Shown piece after piece: positions 61,614 to 64,000 of a stretch of 64,000 nt of DNA. The stretch's first letter is position 1; each line of letters opens with the position of its first letter. The stretch spans positions 64,001 through 128,000 of the forward strand of contig CAVYSY010000031.1 of assembly GCA_963771175.1 (NCBI GenBank), in the 5' to 3' direction. This DNA is from an uncultured delta proteobacterium. GTDB taxonomy: Bacteria > Myxococcota > Myxococcia > Myxococcales > Myxococcaceae. The translations under genes were made by a program, and so were the position numbers. The notes beneath the pieces were generated by a model. It searched no databases, was not told the origin of the DNA, and worked only from the letters and a program-made list of their open reading frames with translations.

Positions 61614-64000
61614 ATGCGCACGCTCTCCCGTGGCCTCTCCGCGCTCCTCCTCGCCACCGGCCTCCTGACCGGTTGTGCCCACACGTCCTCTCCCACCGAG
61701 GTGCTCGACCGAGCCGCCACGGCGGCGAAGAAGGGCACCAGTGAAGCGCGCACGCTCGCGCTCGCCGGTTTCCATGCCTGGCTGGTGACGGGAGACCCCG
61801 CCGCGGCCCAGGCCCGCTTCGACGAGGCCGGAGCCAAGGACCCGGCCGACCCCTACGCCCTCTACGGCCAGCACCTGCTCGCGCGCCGCGCCGCCAACCC
61901 CCGCCGCGCGCTGGATGCCGCACTGGCCGTGGCCACCCGCGCACCACGCCACCCGCTCGCGGTGCCCTCCGCGCGCTACGTGCTGGACATGGTGGGCACC
62001 TCCCCCGCGCTGGATGACGTCATCCTCACGGGCACCCAGGCCGCGCTCGAGGCCGGCACCGTGGGCGAGGCCGCCCAACTCCTGCGCGGCATCCAGGTGG
62101 CCATCCTCGGCTTGAGGGAGGACCGGGCCGCCCAGGCCGCCGCGCTCGCGGACATGGGCGCGGTGAACACGGCCACGCTGCTGGGGCCCTTCTCGGCCTG
62201 GCACCTGCTCGCCTTCGACGAGACCACCCCTCCGGAGAAGACGGGCTCGCTGGCGGGTCCCTTCACCGGCCCCTTCGGGCAGCTCACGCCGCGCACCCTG
62301 CGCGCCCCGGACAGCCGGCTGGACGTGGCCGGCGAGCCGGGCCCGGGTGACATCTACCTGATGGCCGTGGACGCCGAGGTGTCCGAGGCCGGTGTCTACG
62401 TGGCGCGCGCCGTCAGCGCCTCCGCGAACAAGGTCATGGTGGATGGCGCGCCCCTACTGGAGCGCCGCGCCTTCGCCCGCGCCGGCTCCACGGTGTCCGC
62501 GAGCCCCATCTATCTGTCAGCGGGCCGACACCGCATCCTCATCAAGCTGCTGAAGGACCAGCGGGGGGCCAACGTGTCCTTCGCGCTGGCACGCGCGGAT
62601 GGGCGCCCCTCGGCCATCCGCTACACCCCGGCGAGCGGGCCGGCGCCCTCCTCCTGGGGCTCGGCGCCGAAGGAGGCCGAGGCGGAGCTCGTCTACCCCG
62701 GCCCGGAGGAACTGGCCGCCGCGCTCGTCGACGAGGCGGGCCCGCTGCTGGCGGACTTCATCGGAGTGCGTGACGGGATGGGGAGGGCTCCGGACGGGGC
62801 CTGGAGGCTGATGACGCGCCTGCAGAAGGCCTCGCAGAGCGCCGCCATCCTCTCGCTGCGCGCCGAGCTGGCCACACAGGACCGGAGCATCCCCACCAAG
62901 GTGGCGCGCGGGCGCGCGACGAGGGACCTGGAGACGGTGATGGCGAAGGACCCGGGCGACGTGGCCGCGCTGCTCCTGCGCGCCGAGCTGGCCCTCAACG
63001 ACGACCAGCCCTCCGCGGCGATGGAGACGCTGAAGACGGCGCGGGCCGCGGCGAAGCAGCCGGGCTGGCCCGTGTACCTGCTGGAGGCACGCACGGCACT
63101 GGCGCTGGAGGTGGAGAGCCAGGCCGAGGAGAGTCTGGAGGCGGCGCTGAAGGCACAGCCGGGCCTGTGCGAGGCGCAGGGGCTGCGCTACGGGCTGGCG
63201 CGTCGCCGTGACGCGGTGGCACGCGCGGACGAGTTGATGGGCTCGCTGAAGGGTTGCCCGGGCTCGCTCATGCGGGCCGCCGAGCACGCGAAGATGCGGG
63301 GGAACCTGGAGCGGGCCGCGTCCCTCTACCAGGAGCAACTGGTGCGCAACCCGGGTGACTTGAACACGGGCCTGTCGCTGGCGAACGCCTACGTGGCGCT
63401 GCGCCGCTTCGACGAGGCCTCGGCGGCGCTGAAGTCCCTGAGCGCGCTCTGGCCGCGCAACGCGAAGGTGCTGGAGATGCTCGCGGACGTGCGCGAGCAC
63501 GCCGGGGACGCGGCCGGAGCCCTGGCCCTGCGCGAGCAGGCACTGCTGCTGGACGGGAGCAACCTGTCGCTGCGCCGCGCCGTGGTGCGCGCGAGGACGG
63601 GGCAGGAGGTGCTGCAGGCGTACGCCATCGACGGCCGGCAGGCCATCAAGGAGTACGAGGCCAACCCGGGCCTGGAGGACAGCGCCGCCGCCTACGTGCT
63701 GGACGCGGCGGCCACGCAGGCCTGGCCGGACGGCTCGCAGGTCACCCGCATCCACAGCGTCCAGAAGGCGCTCGAGCAGAGCGGCGTGCAGGAGATCGCC
63801 GAGGTGAGGCTGCCCTCGGGCGCGCAGGTGCTGGCGCTGCGGACCCTCAAGGCGGATGGCACGGTGCTGGAGCCGGAGAGCATCGAGGGCAAGGACACCG
63901 TGAGCCTGCCGGGCGTGCAGGTGGGGGACTACGTGGAGGTGGAGTACCTGCTGGCGGAGGCATCGCGAGGGCCTGCCCAGCCGGGCTTCACCGCGTCCGA
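61614..64000 (+). CDS. TPR / DUF3857 lipoprotein, 3' end outside window (absent from ORF track)
   Basis: MRTLSRGLSALLLATGLLTGC lipobox; long TPR-like stretch; ...LRTLKADG...PGVQVGDYVEVEY. Confidence 0.8.
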   Translation, partial: MRTLSRGLSALLLATGLLTGCAHTSSPTEVLDRAATAAKKGTSEARTLALAGFHAWLVTGDPAAAQARFDEAGAKDPADPYALYGQHLLARRAANPRRALDAALAVATRAPRHPLAVPSARYVLDMVGTSPALDDVILTGTQAALEAGTVGEAAQLLRGIQVAILGLREDRAAQAAALADMGAVNTATLLGPFSAWHLLAFDETTPPEKTGSLAGPFTGPFGQLTPRTLRAPDSRLDVAGEPGPGDIYLMAVDAEVSEAGVYVARAVSASANKVMVDGAPLLERRAFARAGSTVSASPIYLSAGRHRILIKLLKDQRGANVSFALARADGRPSAIRYTPASGPAPSSWGSAPKEAEAELVYPGPEELAAALVDEAGPLLADFIGVRDGMGRAPDGAWRLMTRLQKASQSAAILSLRAELATQDRSIPTKVARGRATRDLETVMAKDPGDVAALLLRAELALNDDQPSAAMETLKTARAAAKQPGWPVYLLEARTALALEVESQAEESLEAALKAQPGLCEAQGLRYGLARRRDAVARADELMGSLKGCPGSLMRAAEHAKMRGNLERAASLYQEQLVRNPGDLNTGLSLANAYVALRRFDEASAALKSLSALWPRNAKVLEMLADVREHAGDAAGALALREQALLLDGSNLSLRRAVVRARTGQEVLQAYAIDGRQAIKEYEANPGLEDSAAAYVLDAAATQAWPDGSQVTRIHSVQKALEQSGVQEIAEVRLPSGAQVLALRTLKADGTVLEPESIEGKDTVSLPGVQVGDYVEVEYLLAEASRGPAQPGFTAS

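Overview
GC-rich myxobacterial (Cystobacterineae-like; inferred from gene content) chromosomal window. Many genes carry 1-bp indel frameshifts, most likely long-read assembly errors. The housekeeping backbone includes rtcB2-type RNA ligase, gpmI, pfkA, comF, fused otsA/otsB, a cyclophilin, yjbQ, three sensor kinases, two sigma54 regulators, a BamA-like protein with DUF4390, a speD-DUF4178-small ORF-DUF350-speE-oxidase operon, a TetR-controlled ABC/LolA-like operon, a Ser/Thr kinase and two TPR-DUF3857 proteins. Four lower-GC toxin/immunity-type cassettes interrupt this backbone, and there is also a lipase-CHAT fusion and a tandem pair of PQQ-type dehydrogenase/PKD/PA14 genes. Two non-obvious signals stand out. 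(1) A TGGTAGACGTCTACCA palindrome lies upstream of both SitA-like toxin cassettes and, in one case, exactly at the cassette edge. (2) Recurrent junction scars, in which a fragment of the downstream gene is fused to a fragment of the upstream gene, sit beside variable cassettes and suggest stacking of diverged alleles at the same locus. No rRNA, tRNA, CRISPR array, integrase or transposase was recognised.
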